Source: Phoronis australis (lineage: Eukaryota; Animalia; Phoronida). From it: a DNA stretch of 64,000 nucleotides. Positions 1 to 13,814 of this stretch are shown piece after piece. The stretch spans positions 437,705-501,704 of the forward strand of contig NMRA01000330.1 of the NCBI GenBank assembly GCA_002633005.1, written 5' to 3'. The position numbers and the translations under genes were made by a program. The notes below the pieces were generated by a model that was not told the origin of the DNA, made no database searches, and saw only the letters and a program-made list of their open reading frames with translations. Within the stretch, counting starts at the first letter, position 1. Each line of letters opens with the position of its first letter.

Positions 1-1246
1 AATAACTTATAAGTTTTAAGGCTTAAGTGTGAGCGCCCCATGAGCCATCTTGAGTGCCGAGTGTGAGTCAGTGTGCTTGTGCAAGAAACCTAACAACTTG
101 TGTTAGCTACTTCGGGCGTTTTGATTAATAAATATAAAGAAGCATTCATTGTCAAGTTTAATTGTTTGAACTAGTTTTATTAAAACTAGGCAAAGTAAGG
201 ATGATAGTTCAATCAGTGCGAACTGTTCTGAGCTAGGCCTAAGCGAGTAGTCTGGCATCACTAAAGACGCTTCTGAAAAATCTTCTAAGGGGCAATTAAG
301 GAAGTTTTGTCACTGTGTTTTGGGTACTATCAGGAATATGTTGCAACTTGATATCACGAACTGTCCCGGCTGTTTGCCCGGTTGCATGACCCTACACGGC
401 CGGGCAGTCCACTTCTACTAGAAGTGGCAAGAATAGCGTAAGATAATCTCACCTCAAGTTAATATAGTGCAACATTGAATTTAATCTGAGGTCACGACGA
501 AACACTGAATCAAACCAATCATTCCACCTAATAAATTTAAAGTTTTATGCATTCGGCTCCTGAATTTCCCGAGCATTTAGGCTTACTACACAAAAGCTAG
601 GGTACTAAAGTGTGTATTGGATGACTATGAATACGAAAAAAGCATTTGCAAAGAAGAAAGAAATAATGAAGCCAATTTCTGCTCGGTGACACTACTGACT
701 TTCTAATATGGCATACCAAATCCGCAAATCAACCTTTGCCCTGAGTCAGCGAGTCAATCCGGCGCGGGCGATGTTTGCTTGAGTCAACTGAACGCTGAAG
801 TTTCGTCGAATGGTGACGGTGTCGTGCGTGAACTTATAGTCCTGCTTAATCTCGAGATCGCGTGTGCGTGATATCGGAATTAAATATTCATTTAGGCGAT
901 CAGGTGATTTTTAGTTCATTGTAATGAAGTTTTGTAATTATTGACTTCACGATCACCCATTTTCTCCTTTACGAAATTGTGTCACAGAATTATAGGAATA
1001 TGTGAATAGTTAATCAATATTTGTTTGCAATAAGATCGTCAATAGTTGAAGAGGGGTTGGTTAAAATTTACGTTGATTTATTAACATGGGATTTGTTTTA
1101 GTGCAGTGCAAAATTTTATGAACGTAAACCTCAGATTGTTTGAGTGAACTTACCAACTTTCACCGAGTATTCCAAGTTCACGCATACGCGATCTTGAGAT
1201 TAAGAAGGATTCCAAGTTCACGCACAGCGCATGCGAGTCTAAAATC

Positions 1247-4200
1247 ATGGCGGATAGTGAAAGCGCAAGTCCTAATCTGCGGGGACAAGACCTAGACCCC
1301 GATAAGCACCCCCTTCTGCCAGAAAGTGGATCACGGTCTTCGTCAAGCGTAGGCGATGAACCGCTCTTAACGGATCACAGTTTCTCGCCAAGTTTCTTGC
1401 GTATTCGGGACGGAGACGGTGATGATCAGCTGCTAGGAGCCGACGACTACCCGGAAGTGGCAGTGCTGCAGGACACATCCAGTCGTTCCCATGACGATTA
1501 TGCAGTTACGCATTGCCACTCGGACAACAGAGAACGTTCAAACACGGCTAGGAATCAGCTTATTGGTGTCTCCGTGTTGTGCTTGCTGTTCATGATTGGT
1601 GAAATCATTGGAGGTGCATTTGCCAACAGCCTAGCTCTCATGACGGACGCAACACACATGGCAAGCGATCTCGCTGGCTTTCTGATTAGCTTGTTTGCAC
1701 TTTGGATTGCTTCTAAACCAGCCACGAAACGCATGTCGTTTGGCTTTCACAGGGCAGGTAATGCCAGTGTGTTTGTAAGGTTTTTCCTTAGCTTCAGCCC
1801 ATGACAGTCCAATTCACTCAATGTTTTGTGCATGGTGCTGTTAATTTCAGTGCAAATTATGAGCATCGGATTCATGGCATAATGTCACAGCATCAGAAAA
1901 CCATCAACTTTTTTACACTGGGAACAGTTGGCATGGTGCAAGGTGTCATGAAGCGACTCCTCCACTTAATCTTAAGTCGCATTGACAGTGGCGATTGAGA
2001 GAGGCCATGCCCCCCTAAAATTCTCCTAGATTCCATTTGGCAGTTTGGGGGTGTGAATGTTTGATGGGCAAAATCCTGACCTCCCTAACTCAAATCCTGG
2101 ATCCGCCCCTGATTTACGCGACATTAGATTGCAAACTCGATCAGCACTACACGAAGAGCTGTGTGTGCATATGCTCGCATAAACCATATGTCTGAAGCAT
2201 GTAGAATGTCAGCGGATCTCTCGTGTGTACGCACACTTGAGAGGATCTCTTCCGCCTTGCCCCAGTTTGTGTTTAGAAGTGTAGTTGCCACAGGAGCAAC
2301 TGATCGAGTGCAACTTGCTAAACACCTTTCAAATCAGTGTCAAAAATGCCCACTGCAGTGTCAACTTGTTCCGTGTCAATCCTGACACACACATGTGCTC
2401 GATTAGCTGTTCCATATTAGTTGCTCCGTGACAACAGTCTCTGTGACAACAGTCTCCCATGTAATTGCGGCTGTAATCTGTTGCTCAGCTTATCTGGATG
2501 ACACAGTAATTAGTTTCTACTCAGGTGATTTTGCCAACGTGAGGCTTAATTTGCCTAGAAAAGCTTCAGGCATTTGGAGACTGGGATATGGCCACCGTTC
2601 AACCAGCTCTCCTGGCCCAGTTCAGGCAATCGTTAGGTCTACTCTAACCACTGCTTGCATAACTGAGAGGAAGGCCGCAGGATTTTTTGAAATGTCAGTA
2701 CATGATTTCAAACTGATTTCTGGAAAATGTAGTATTTAACTAGACCACAGTGCAACTTGCACTGTACAAAAGCACTGATTTTTTTTCTTCGTGAATTAAA
2801 AACCATGCCAAAAATGAGGTTGTGTATCTAATAGGACAGTACCCAGCTAGTTAAGTATGCGCATGTGCACTTTCTCTTTGCAAAGCACAACTGTGTTGTT
2901 TCCATAGTGTTTGTCTTCATTATTAAGAATCTATTCATATTTGGCTTATCAGCTAGGATAATATTCATCCATAAACACACACATGCTTACACACACACAC
3001 ACACCCAAATATATATATAACTGTTCAAATTGTATTTTTCTTTTGTCTAAAAAGCTCATGACCAACCTAGGACAGGTGAAAATTCAGGCCAAAACCCAAA
3101 TGACTATCAATTGAAGTGTAAGTTTCAAGTGCTCCATTCCCTGCCAGAGCAACAGTCAAAAGACAAATAGTTTTATGACATAATGAGGTGCCATAAAGGA
3201 TTAGGTATAGGTGACCAACCAGGTCAAGCGGCACGGCTGATATCAATGCGGTACTGTGTGAATGGACTGCGACCTTCTGACTATCATCATTCCAGAATAG
3301 TCAATTTTTTCCTGTCCTGGGTTCCTCATGGAATGAGTTTCTGGAACTGATAATGAAATTTCACCAAAGACTATTTTTCAACATCTACACAGTACAAACC
3401 AAGCTTATAGTGGACTAAAATTTTCTTAATTTTGTGATTTTGTAGATAAAATTTCATTTTTCCGCCACATTGTATGCTAAACAGACAAAGAATTCCTGTA
3501 AATAATTCTACGACTGTTTACCTCATGCTGTGATGAATGTTGTGCTGTATGCACGAAAATATAATCAGATTCCAGTGTCCCATCATGACTCGCTATCCCA
3601 GCTGGTCTGGGTCTGGATTTGGGTCTGGGTCTGTGTCTGGGTATGAGGCCTGTTTCTCCAAGTGTCTATTGGCTTAAATTGTCTTTCAACTTATGTTTAA
3701 AACTAAGTCTACAGAATGATGTCTTAGTCTGTTTCCTGAAAACCAGGCCAAGGCTCAAAGCCAAAAAATATGTCTGCAGAAATCCGAAGTCTACTCGTAC
3801 AGACAGATCCAAAATAAAACATTTCACGAAACAAAAGACAAAAATCAACTTTTGGCTATTCAATGTCAGATTTCTGACTGAAGTCCTGTAAATGCACCAA
3901 GCACAGGCCTCAGATTTAGTTCTTTCACATGCACTCTGTTGTTGTGTTCGAAAAGGGGTGACAACTTGTGCTCAGTCATAATGATGGCGGAGCTCCGGGT
4001 CATTTTGTTCCATTAAGTACTCTTGCTGTGTCTATGATGAACTGCAATTATGTGTGACTTCAAACGTTGTACTTTTGTAGAAATAATCGGAGCTTTGGCC
4101 AGTATCTTAGTCATCTGGGTGGTCACAGGTGTGTTACTGTATCTGGCTGTGGAGAGAGTGGTTCATCAGGATTATGACATCGACGCTGATGACATGCTCA

Positions 4201-7200
4201 TCACTGCTGGCTGTGGGGTGGCTTTCAATATTTTGTAAGTATTTTTGTGAGGTATTTAACAAGTACCTGACTTGCCCAAGGGCTGTGTCTTACACTGCCG
4301 AGTTACGTTTGTCATTTTGGTTCACTCTGTTGAGTTGTTTGTCATTATCAACATAGATTTTTAAACAGGATGTGTTATAGTTCCCTTATTTGGTTTATTC
4401 TAAAATTAATTTTAATCCTCATTGCACTCTGTTTAGTCGTCACTTCAAACACGTTTGGAATTGTTAACCGAAGAATTCAAACCAGGGGCTGATCAGCCAC
4501 GTACTCATAGGAACTAGTTGTTGTTGTGTCACAACGTGACTGACCTATATTTGAATAGAAGTCTGAGCTCGCCATTTTCATTTTTTCAGAGTTGGCCAAC
4601 ACCATTAAAACTGACAATTTTCCGATGTGTTTTGTGGTATGTTCTGTTTGGTAAGAGAAAACAAGTCCTAGCATGGTATGGGACATTTGACACTGGAGTT
4701 GTAAGAGTAAAAGGTCAAACTTCATTTTCATTTTTTAGCCAGCTAAACACAGCTTTAAATATAACTTAAACCAAATCTAGCTGAAAAGATATCCAATCTG
4801 AGTTCACCAACTGTCTTTCAGTATGGGTATTGTCTTACATTCCGAGATGTGCGTGGCCTGTAGACCTCCTCAGTTTGGTCACCATGGACACAGCCATGGC
4901 AACCATCATCACCATGACGACAGTGATCACAGTCACAGTAGTGGACATAGACATTTCCTAAGTCACAGCCAGAGTGATCCTGGGCAGTATCCATCGATGA
5001 ATTCATCTCATGGCAATCTTAGTGTTGGCATCAATAACGGGAACTTCAACAGTGTGTCTAGTATCGAATCAGGTGGTAGTGAGAGAGGTACAAAGAATAT
5101 CGTTATCAGAGCTGCAATAATTCATGTTCTGGGAGATTTGGTACAAAGTATTGGAGTATTGATTGCAGCCTATATCATCAAGTTCAAGGTATTTTGAGTC
5201 TTTGTGTAGTGAGAGTAATTTTTGATGTGGAAGTCAATAGGTTTTGTAATTGGGAGTTCTAACATGCAAATGTTGTCGGACATGGTGTGGTTCTTGGATT
5301 AAAGTTTACAGTGGCTGTGCGCATTCACACTAACCAGCCAATAGGAAGGCTGCAAGTCATGCCTAGTGTCGTGATTCATATTTACTTTTGCATTCTTCCA
5401 CGCAAGTGCTAAGTAACTTCAAGGAAATCGAACTAATATGTCTTTGAACCATTGTCTCATCAATTTCTTACAAAAACAATTCCTAATATTACCCTCTTTC
5501 CATTTTTCAGGTGTTTCTAACATTGGTTTGAATGTGTGTTATTTTTGAAAAATATTGTCTAATGGCAGCAATACAATCCTAAAGCATTGAAAATCGTTAA
5601 TTTTGTGCTACGTATCTGTTATAAATAAAATGAGAAAACAAAATTCCAGTTATCCATCACATTGTGACCTTTTCCCAGGAGAATTTCAACACACTGTCTA
5701 TATAAGTGTTGACTTATAACCAATTAGCTACTTATCAAAGAAGCAATGAGCCTGCCTTCCGTCGCAAAAAGCAACTTCTGATTTAGATCACTTGCTATTA
5801 TGAAATTTGTCACAAAATGTTCCTTTGTCAAATTGGAGATGGTTTCAGGGCATCAAAACAGCTGATGGTTCATTATTGGTTGAGGCCAGGCTCTGCCAGA
5901 TGACTGGTCATGGCGTGTCATTTATTCGCCCAGAATGGTCCCAAGGAATTTCAAGCTCCCTCTTTGCAAACCCAAAACAAGTTGAGACCAATTTTACTGC
6001 CGTAAGTGGTCCAAATCAAAAGTTTACTTCTTGGACTGAACGCGGTTTTGATAGCCACTTCAATCGTTATTTGACGCTTCCATCTTTTGCAGCCCGAGTG
6101 GAAGATTGCTGATCCTATATGTACTTTCCTTTTCTCTGTCCTGGTGTTATGTACGACTATGACCATCCTCAGGGATACATTCTACGTCATTATGGAAGGT
6201 ATGTAGCCTCATGTCAAGACTCCAACATAGTTTTACTGTTTTCTGTACAATTCTACTTTACACGAACTCGAGATCTCTGTTCACTGTGATCTGCATACTG
6301 AGGATACACTGGAGTACTGGGGCAGCAAATTTTCTTTGAGAAATGTTCTAACTAGCTCTTTTTCATCACAATCGTCCAAATTTGCTGTACACGGTTTCTA
6401 AATTCAAGTCACAAACTCACATTCAAACTTGAGATTTCGAGTTCAGGTTCTAATATGCATTTTCAACGTTAAGTTCATCATGAGCAAACTAGGGTTACAT
6501 GCTTCTGTAATGTAAATATCGCTAATCTTGAATTGGTTCTAAATATTGAAGCATTTTACTACACAAAATCAGCATAACCAAGTTGGCACTTGAGTTTGAG
6601 TTCAAGAATTGGATTTCATCGTGTATCAGATATACTAAATGCTTATAAGATTTCTGCAATAATTCCATCACAAAAATCTTGACTTCGGACGTGATTTGAG
6701 GGCTCTAAAACAGCTGACAGTTCGTTCATGCTTTGGACCATGCTGTGCAAGTTGGCTTGTCATTTTTTGCACCGAGCATGATCTCAAGGTTATTTGGGGC
6801 CTTACTAAATGACCTCAACTCCATGTCAAATATAGAAAAGACTATCTTTTATCTACCATTGAAAGTATGTATTTTCTGAAAGGAGAAAGATCAAGGCATA
6901 ACGTTATTTTGACTGGGAAGCAATCTTAGGGGCTTTAGGGAGTATAAGCTGGACACGGTTTTATTAGGGAGAGGGAGACAGGGAGAGAGAGAGGGAGACA
7001 GAGAGAGAGGGAGGGAGGAAGGGAAGGAGGGAGGTAGAGAGAGAGAGGGANGGAGGGGGGCTCGAAAGCTGCCTTTAATGGCAATCTATACAAGTTACAC
7101 AAACTGTTCGAAGTACATGGATCTTTCTTGAAATTGCATGTACATATATCTTTAACGATAAATCTGCCAATTTTTCAGTTTGCTTGCACTGTGCTTCGTA

Positions 7201-8659
7201 AGAGGGATATCAGTTTTTGTACTTGGTTCTGATTTGCTGAAAACTTAAATATCCATTCACAATGGAATACGAACTAAAAGTTTGATTTGAGAGCTTTGTT
7301 AGAAAAATGCAGTACAAGGACATTTTTGTCCATTTTGACTATTGCAGCTCTCCTTGTTGGTCAGACTCTAAAATTCGTCTTGCAGCACTGTTCTGTTTTT
7401 AATGCACAAGAAAAACTATTAATTTTCTAGATTCTTTCTTTACAGCTGTCCCGAAAGATATTGACTATGCTGCTGTTAAAAAGGAGCTGGAGTCAATAGA
7501 GGGCGTTGTCAGCGCCCATAGTCTCCATATTTGGTCGTTAACTTTAGGGAAGCATGCCGTAGCTGTGCACTTGACTACAGGTAAGTTAAAGTCTGATTCT
7601 AAATTGAATGTCAGTTTATTTAAAAGAGTACCAAACCCAGTTTTGGCTATTAACAGATACTAAAAACAACTTTCCCGTCTAGCTTTTTGAAACAAAATAA
7701 TGCTCTGTGACCCTCGACAACCCTCAAAAGTTTGGAGGAAAATTTAGGAAAACAATACAGCATGTGTTGTTATGTTACTAATGGTCTTGCAGACGAAATA
7801 ATGATTTTCCTGGGATGCAACATTCCCAAGTAAGAGGCGGTACTGGGGCAAAGGATCATGGCCTTATTTACGGGATTTTATGGTTGTTTAATTGCAACAA
7901 CCTGAGAGCGCCATCTTGTTGGACCACACTTAAGCTAAATCAGTGCAGTCCTTGGGTCTATAGTGACTGTCTGATCAAATGGTTCCAGAAGAAAACTGAC
8001 CTAGAGTGTGTTTAGTATTTGTTCATGAGATACAAGCTGTGTGATATTCAGTGGAAATGAGCTGTCAGTGTTTGTTTATCTGTTTTTGCCACAATTCAAC
8101 AATCTGCATAACATTTCAATCAGTTGCAAAGGCAGCTGCTGAGTATTTGATTATTACTTTGTGGAACACTAGCGTGATACTGCAACCTGTTCGTACATAT
8201 ACATGTATTTTCCGTTGATGTCATTTCATTTCCAAGTGTATGCCTCAACACATTTTGAGATGCAGGAAAGACCATTTTCCGATCATGCACAATCTGAAAA
8301 CGGGTGGAGAGTGAAGAGAACTTATTTGTTAAAAGCATATTGTGAATATCTGTTGTAAATTTTGATATAGATTTCCTAATGGTCAACATTAGTGTTATGT
8401 CGTCCTTGTATCTAAGCAGATAAACCATTGGCTGATCTTATTTTATTTTTCAATGTGAATGCTAATTTTAGTTATGTTTGATGACCTTTAACTTTGCTTT
8501 TTTAATTAAGGTGAGGCTGTTGATTGTGAGAAAATTCTGCAGATTGCCACAGGTCTGCTGCGAACAAAATACAAAATGCACCAGTCGACTATCCAGGTTG
8601 AGAGGTTCCAGCACGATGTCATGAGGACCTGTAAGCAGTGTATTGGTCCCAAAATTTAA
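1247..8659 (+). CDS. SLC30A2: SLC30A/ZnT cation diffusion facilitator zinc transporter (ZnT2/3/4/8-like), 6 coding exons, 473 aa
   Basis: Exons 1247-1757, 4081-4234, 4822-5188, 6093-6198, 7446-7580, 8511-8659. All introns are GT-AG with compatible phases (1422 nt). Motifs: N-terminal HCH, TM2 [16 protein letters not shown], His-rich loop, TM5 [21 protein letters not shown] and C-terminal CKQC. The family call is secure; the exact vertebrate paralogue symbol is only approximate. Confidence 0.93.
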
Positions 8660-11659
8660 TTTTCAGCTTTTGGGACAGAAAGCATAGGGTTATCATGTGA
8701 ATTATTCCATTTTTGCAATGAGTTACTTGATGTTCCAATAGGTGGTGCTAGTGAAAAATGGAATCTTTGTTTTTGTTTGAATAGACGGAGATCCTAAAGG
8801 TGTTCAACTACATGTGCGTGTTCATGATAAGCGTCCAACACTATTACTTGAATACAGGCATTTATGCAATAATCCTGTAGGGCAATTGTTTCTCAAGCGT
8901 CACCTTGTGAAATTTGAGCATTTACTGTATATCGGAAATACAAACTGTTATGCACACAGTATATTATACTGGTGATCTAATTGTTAAGGAATCAGTAAAT
9001 GATATTTATGTTAATTTGCACTCCTTCTTGTTTTGTATTATACAAAAGATTGTTTAGTCTTGCACCGGAATAATTTTTTTTTCTTTGTTGAGCGTTTGTG
9101 TAGTTTAGGTCCTCGATTCCTGCCAAAAGGTGTCAGGAGTGTTTGGTGCCATGTGTTTTTGTTGCAATTCTGTTATTCTTGTTATTTGAATTTCTACTTA
9201 TTGTTGTTGCTTACCATAAGTCTTGTATGATTTTGTTTTAAAAGTTTGTTCCATTTTCAAATGTTGAATGTGGTAACAAAATGAACTTCAACAAATTTGT
9301 CTTTATAGTTTCGTATACTGTGACCACTGGTTATAGAAAAAAATGACAGCAAATTTGTAATGTAATTTTTTTTGATGGAACCAGTTTTAGGCCATCGTGG
9401 AAGGTAATGTTTTTGAAGTTAAATTTGCTTTCCTTGTATCGCATGGAAATATCTCGCGAAGACCCCATGATGTTGTGTTTTTTGTGAGTTTCAATCCAGG
9501 TGCACTGTCAACTGGAGAGTATTTCAAGTAGATGTAGGATTTAGTACATTATTTTAGATTGTTGCATTTGGATGTTTTTGTTGCACTGCTTCAGTTCAGA
9601 CTGTTCTGTTGGCAAATTTTGTTGTATATTTCACCCTGTTTGGTTACTGTCTATCTGGGCATGTAGTGCCACTGGCTGTCTAAATAGTTGGCTCACTTGA
9701 TAAGAAATGGGCAAGAACTGGAGCTGGTGTACATGTCTGTATCAAGGTGTCAACAAAATGATATTTAAAAAATGCATAATTGTACTGCTGTGAAGTCAGT
9801 TTTTTTTGAAGAAAAACTTGAAGAAAAATCCTACCAATGGTAACATTCGTTTGATGCTGAAAACTATGTTGAGTACATGACTAAAACATGCCATTTTCCT
9901 GTGATTTAGCTTTTACACCACTGGTGCCTGTGTGTGCTGTTCGTTTCCAAGGGAAATTTAATTAGTATGTTGAAAAAACACTGATTTTCCTGATTGCTGG
10001 GCCAATGTACTTGCTGCATGTGGTTTGGTCTTGTTTGAAGTGTTAAGTCCTGTTACTGCTCCCACATGGCAACTGATGGCTTTTGATGATCTCTGTAATG
10101 GTGCTAGCTTTCATAATACTTGTCCTCATTTTTGTACTCCACAATTGAATGTTGCGGAGCGGGTCACCAAGTGCAACAGGTAGTCCATCTTTATATCCGA
10201 TCTGCTGGTTTTAGGTTATCCTGGAACACCTTCTGTGAGAGATATCTTACTTTCATTTTGTGCTTGGCTATTTATCAGTATCTGCAATTTGATTTCTTAT
10301 ATTATAAAAAACTGAATTTGCCAATTTAGTGAATTTTTCACCCATTGTTATGTGTGTTTTAAGGTACCCGCTTTCTGTCAAGAAATAGATTTAAGTCATG
10401 TACCTTAATTGTAAATAGGTCTCAAAACTTCTTTTTCTGAGATTACTACCGAGACGTCGTTTCTCAATGGGCTGATATTCAAATCCTTCGCAATACATAA
10501 AATGGCCCTCTGGGATGGGTCAACTTCAATTAGCCAGCTATTAGGTGTAAGGCAGTCGTAACGAAACATGGGTGAAACGGACGACTGCTTTGGAAGTAAG
10601 TAAAAGCAAATGAGTGGAGATGAGCTTATATGATGGTGGGCCTTTTTTGATTTCTGATGTTGGCATATTGGGGACTGGTATACTCTGAAATGACTGTTGT
10701 CCAATCTTGATATTGCTTTTGTGACCTTGCAATGTTACTTTAAACTCGCCCAGTTGAATCACTTGAAGATTAACTTTTTGCCATAACTCGCCCAGTTGTT
10801 GACGGAATCAGGGTCACCTGAGTAAGTTTTTATCTCACCTAGATGTCAGTGAAGTTATGAATTAACAAATTGACACGTAATTTACTATGTTATGAATTTG
10901 TAGGCTTACGAAAAATAGCACAATTGGCTCTGAGCCAGCTTTGTTCTGAAACCTACTGCTCAAAGTGGGCATCATGTGGCGCTGGTTGAAAAAAGGATGG
11001 GTCCCGACCATTGATTCAACTAGTCGTGGCATCAAGCTCGTGCGAATGGGCCGCGTAGAAAATGAAAAGGATCCTGACGGCGTTCAGTCAGCTGGCACCA
11101 GGGGGCACCAAGAGATTTTTTCTGTTTGAAAATATGGACGTCATAAGAACTGAAAATCGCATCACTGTATCAAATTAAAAAAGCAAAAAGAGAACCAATA
11201 GTGCTATTTTTTTGGCCAAATCCTTATAGTGTTGATTGTATTTCTTACCAGTGCAAATGTTGGATTTGTACGTGGAGTGCATTTAATAAAGCATATACGG
11301 AGCATTTTTGTACTTTATGCCGCATCTCAGTACACTACGCCAACGGGTGCGCTCATGATGCAGTGGCGCACGTGCACTGTATAGTATAGCCACACTACGA
11401 GAAATCAGTTGGAAACTTTCCAATAGCAACGTGGCGACTGGTCACGTTGGGCCGGATTTCAATGGCTTCTAGAATGACGAGGAGGCACTAACTTGCTCCC
11501 CTAGTATGTCCCTATGCCACCTGCTGTGAAGACAACGTAACTTCTGGTACAACTAGGTGGCGATGTGAGTCTCGGAACCCACGTAATCGGCTACCATCCT
11601 GTTTGAGCGGCACGGGACATAGTGGCTGCAGCAGCCAGGCCGAATAACGTTCATATCTA

Positions 11660-12470
11660 TAGTAGCGGATCTAGGATATCACAAGGGAAGGCCAACACTT
11701 CGTCTGAAAACATTCAATGCAAAGGCACGTTTAGATGCGCATAGCACCGAATGGGGGGTCCGCCCCCTCCCGCCCAGGAAAATTTTTCTGTTTTTTCCTC
11801 TAAAAATCAAGCATTTTCCTTGATTCCTGAAGTATTATCCANAAAAAAAAAAAGAAAAACGGCAGTGTTCACAGACTCGAACTTACTACCTGGCTGATAG
11901 AGCGCTCGTGCTTTATTACCACTAAACCACCACGACTTCACTCATGTTCTTGATAATAAGAGATCTACTTGTTCATGGTCCACAGCGTTTGCGCGCGAAA
12001 CCTACTTCTTTTTGTAATGCTTATTACACTTTTTATATTTGTGCAATCAGTTCGTAACAAATTTGTTATATTTAAAATATTCTTCAATTGCCCAAAAGAC
12101 CAAATAGGCCTACGTTTTTTGTGTTGGAATTAATGACTGGATTGCTTTGGAAATCGTTTTAAGATAAGGTTTGACAAAGAGAGAATTATGAGGTTCTGAG
12201 TGATTCACTAAGGCTTCGATTAAAATTCACATCTTACCAGCAGCTTCTGTTTTTTCATCGTCACTCAGATTCCATTTTCTTTAAAAAAATGTAGTAATTT
12301 TCTTCATTGCACAGTGAAACAGACGACGGAAACGGAGTCGTAATGCGCAGCGCCACTGCCGGTCGCCTGGGATATCGCGGGAGAGCCTATACATAGTTTC
12401 GTTACGATTGAGCCGTGTTCCGAATTTGACACTTGAAATTGGATCTGAGCCCCCCCCCCCAAACACACTG
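11660..12470 (-). mobile_element. Non-autonomous DNA transposon (MITE-like), copy A of a ~0.9 kb family
   Basis: Reverse complement of 13815-14634 and similar to 16926-17863. Terminus tagtagcggatctagg resembles the CAGTGGCGGATC-type TIR. No TSD found. Confidence 0.75.
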
Positions 12471-12548
12471 AGACTGCACACATTTAAATCTTGTTTCCGC
12501 CGTATAATGTTAATTACCGGGATTAATTAATAAACTCAACATTTCCCT

Positions 12549-13157
12549 NNNNNNNNNNNNNNNNNNNNNNNNNNNNNNNNNNNNNNNNNNNNNNNNNNNN
12601 NNNNNNNNNNNNNNNNNNNNNNNNNNNNNNNNNNNNNNNNNNNNNNNNNNNNNNNNNNNNNNNNNNNNNNNNNNNNNNNNNNNNNNNNNNNNNNNNNNNN
12701 NNNNNNNNNNNNNNNNNNNNNNNNNNNNNNNNNNNNNNNNNNNNNNNNNNNNNNNNNNNNNNNNNNNNNNNNNNNNNNNNNNNNNNNNNNNNNNNNNNNN
12801 NNNNNNNNNNNNNNNNNNNNNNNNNNNNNNNNNNNNNNNNNNNNNNNNNNNNNNNNNNNNNNNNNNNNNNNNNNNNNNNNNNNNNNNNNNNNNNNNNNNN
12901 NNNNNNNNNNNNNNNNNNNNNNNNNNNNNNNNNNNNNNNNNNNNNNNNNNNNNNNNNNNNNNNNNNNNNNNNNNNNNNNNNNNNNNNNNNNNNNNNNNNN
13001 NNNNNNNNNNNNNNNNNNNNNNNNNNNNNNNNNNNNNNNNNNNNNNNNNNNNNNNNNNNNNNNNNNNNNNNNNNNNNNNNNNNNNNNNNNNNNNNNNNNN
13101 NNNNNNNNNNNNNNNNNNNNNNNNNNNNNNNNNNNNNNNNNNNNNNNNNNNNNNNNN
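12549..13157. other. Assembly gap (N run)
   Basis: Run of n characters. Confidence 1.
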
Positions 13158-13814
13158 AAGTACTTTTTCAAAACGAGGAAAAAAATAAAACCGAAAAAAA
13201 ATTGGTTCGACCCATGTTGGTTCCTAGGTTCGACCGGCCTACGTAAGGAACTAAACACCAATGCTATTTTAACATACTAAGTACGCGTAACATTCCAAAA
13301 AAATCAACGACCACTAACTACAAACTATTAATACACTACATATGCAAACGAATCACGATATATTACTAATAAAACAAAATAATGAAGACTTTTCGAGCAA
13401 GCGGTAGCACATTCAGTTACAAGGAAAAAATGGCGGCGTTCAGGACAAGTTCCTGAACTGATGAGCCGGAAATGTGGGTACGGAAATAACCGATGACAAC
13501 CGGTAAGCATACGCTCAGAGAGAAGGGTCAAATACTGTTACAAAATCGCTTTTGGCAAGAAAGGCGAAAAGAATATAAAGAAAGGGTGTCGAAAATAAGA
13601 ATTTATGTAGTAAGTATTTTCGGATACTGGAACCACATGGGCAGTTTGCAACAAGGACTTTAAGGGCATCCCCTCTTCCGCCTCGAGATGGGACCAAAAA
13701 GAACTCCAGCATTGAGGAGTTGCGTCCCAGGGGTACAGTGTATATGACCGGGAGGTGCTGCTGAGATGTTCACGGACAGTTTCCTACAAAAAGTAAGGGT
13801 GCCTAGTTTTTCAA

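Noticed and set aside
3644-3912. Possible Harbinger MITE (tgaggcctgt...acaggcctca)
   Set aside because: The inverted match is only 10 bp with no clear TSD, which is insufficient support.
12536-13261. Long ORFs full of X (also 61980-62764)
   Set aside because: They span assembly gaps.
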